54,314 nt of DNA. Origin: a virus. Lineage: Duplodnaviria > Caudoviricetes. The position numbers were made by a program, and so were the translations under genes. How positions within the stretch are numbered: position 1 is the first letter of the stretch; every line of letters begins with the position of its first letter. Under the pieces are notes generated by a model, which was not told where the DNA came from, did not search any database, and was given only the letters and a program-made list of their open reading frames with translations. This document shows positions 54,313 to 54,314 of this stretch, piece by piece. Location of the stretch: positions 1 through 54,314 of IMG/VR virus record IMGVR_UViG_3300042868_004434; one strand, written 5' to 3'.

Positions 54313-54314
54313 AG

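Noticed and set aside
1-54314. tRNA, integrase/att site, DGR or retron reverse transcriptase, alternative genetic code
   Set aside because: No cloverleaf, recombinase or RT motif was recognised by eye, and genes read through normally in code 11; tRNAscan and HMM searches were not run.

Overview
The whole window is most of a tailed dsDNA phage genome, podovirus-like: a long P22-type portal, large internal ejection proteins, and no tape-measure or sheath gene. A proteobacterial, possibly Burkholderiales, host is only an inference. Layout: (i) 1-7870 on the minus strand is the head/packaging module (scaffold-like protein cut by the window edge, GroES, portal, intein-containing TerL, probable TerS, HNH); (ii) 8133-36923 on the plus strand holds early/accessory genes, a peptidase-AAA-VWA module and the replication module (family A DNA polymerase, PD-(D/E)XK nuclease, SNF2 helicase, SSB-like protein, primase-DUF927); (iii) 36925-54314 on the minus strand holds ejection proteins, tail and lysis genes. 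No major capsid gene, integrase, tRNA or CRISPR array was recognised in the window. Best leads: (1) the TerL intein carries an Endonuclease VII homing endonuclease in a different reading frame with its own RBS; (2) a predicted ~97-nt sRNA, divergent from the packaging promoter, exposes UGUCUUUCUCC, complementary to a GGAGAAAGA RBS motif shared by at least six middle/replication genes, a candidate translational early-to-late switch; (3) six copies of the palindrome GGTTAGAA-C-TTCTAACC punctuate the early region. All family names come from motif recognition by eye; no searches were run.
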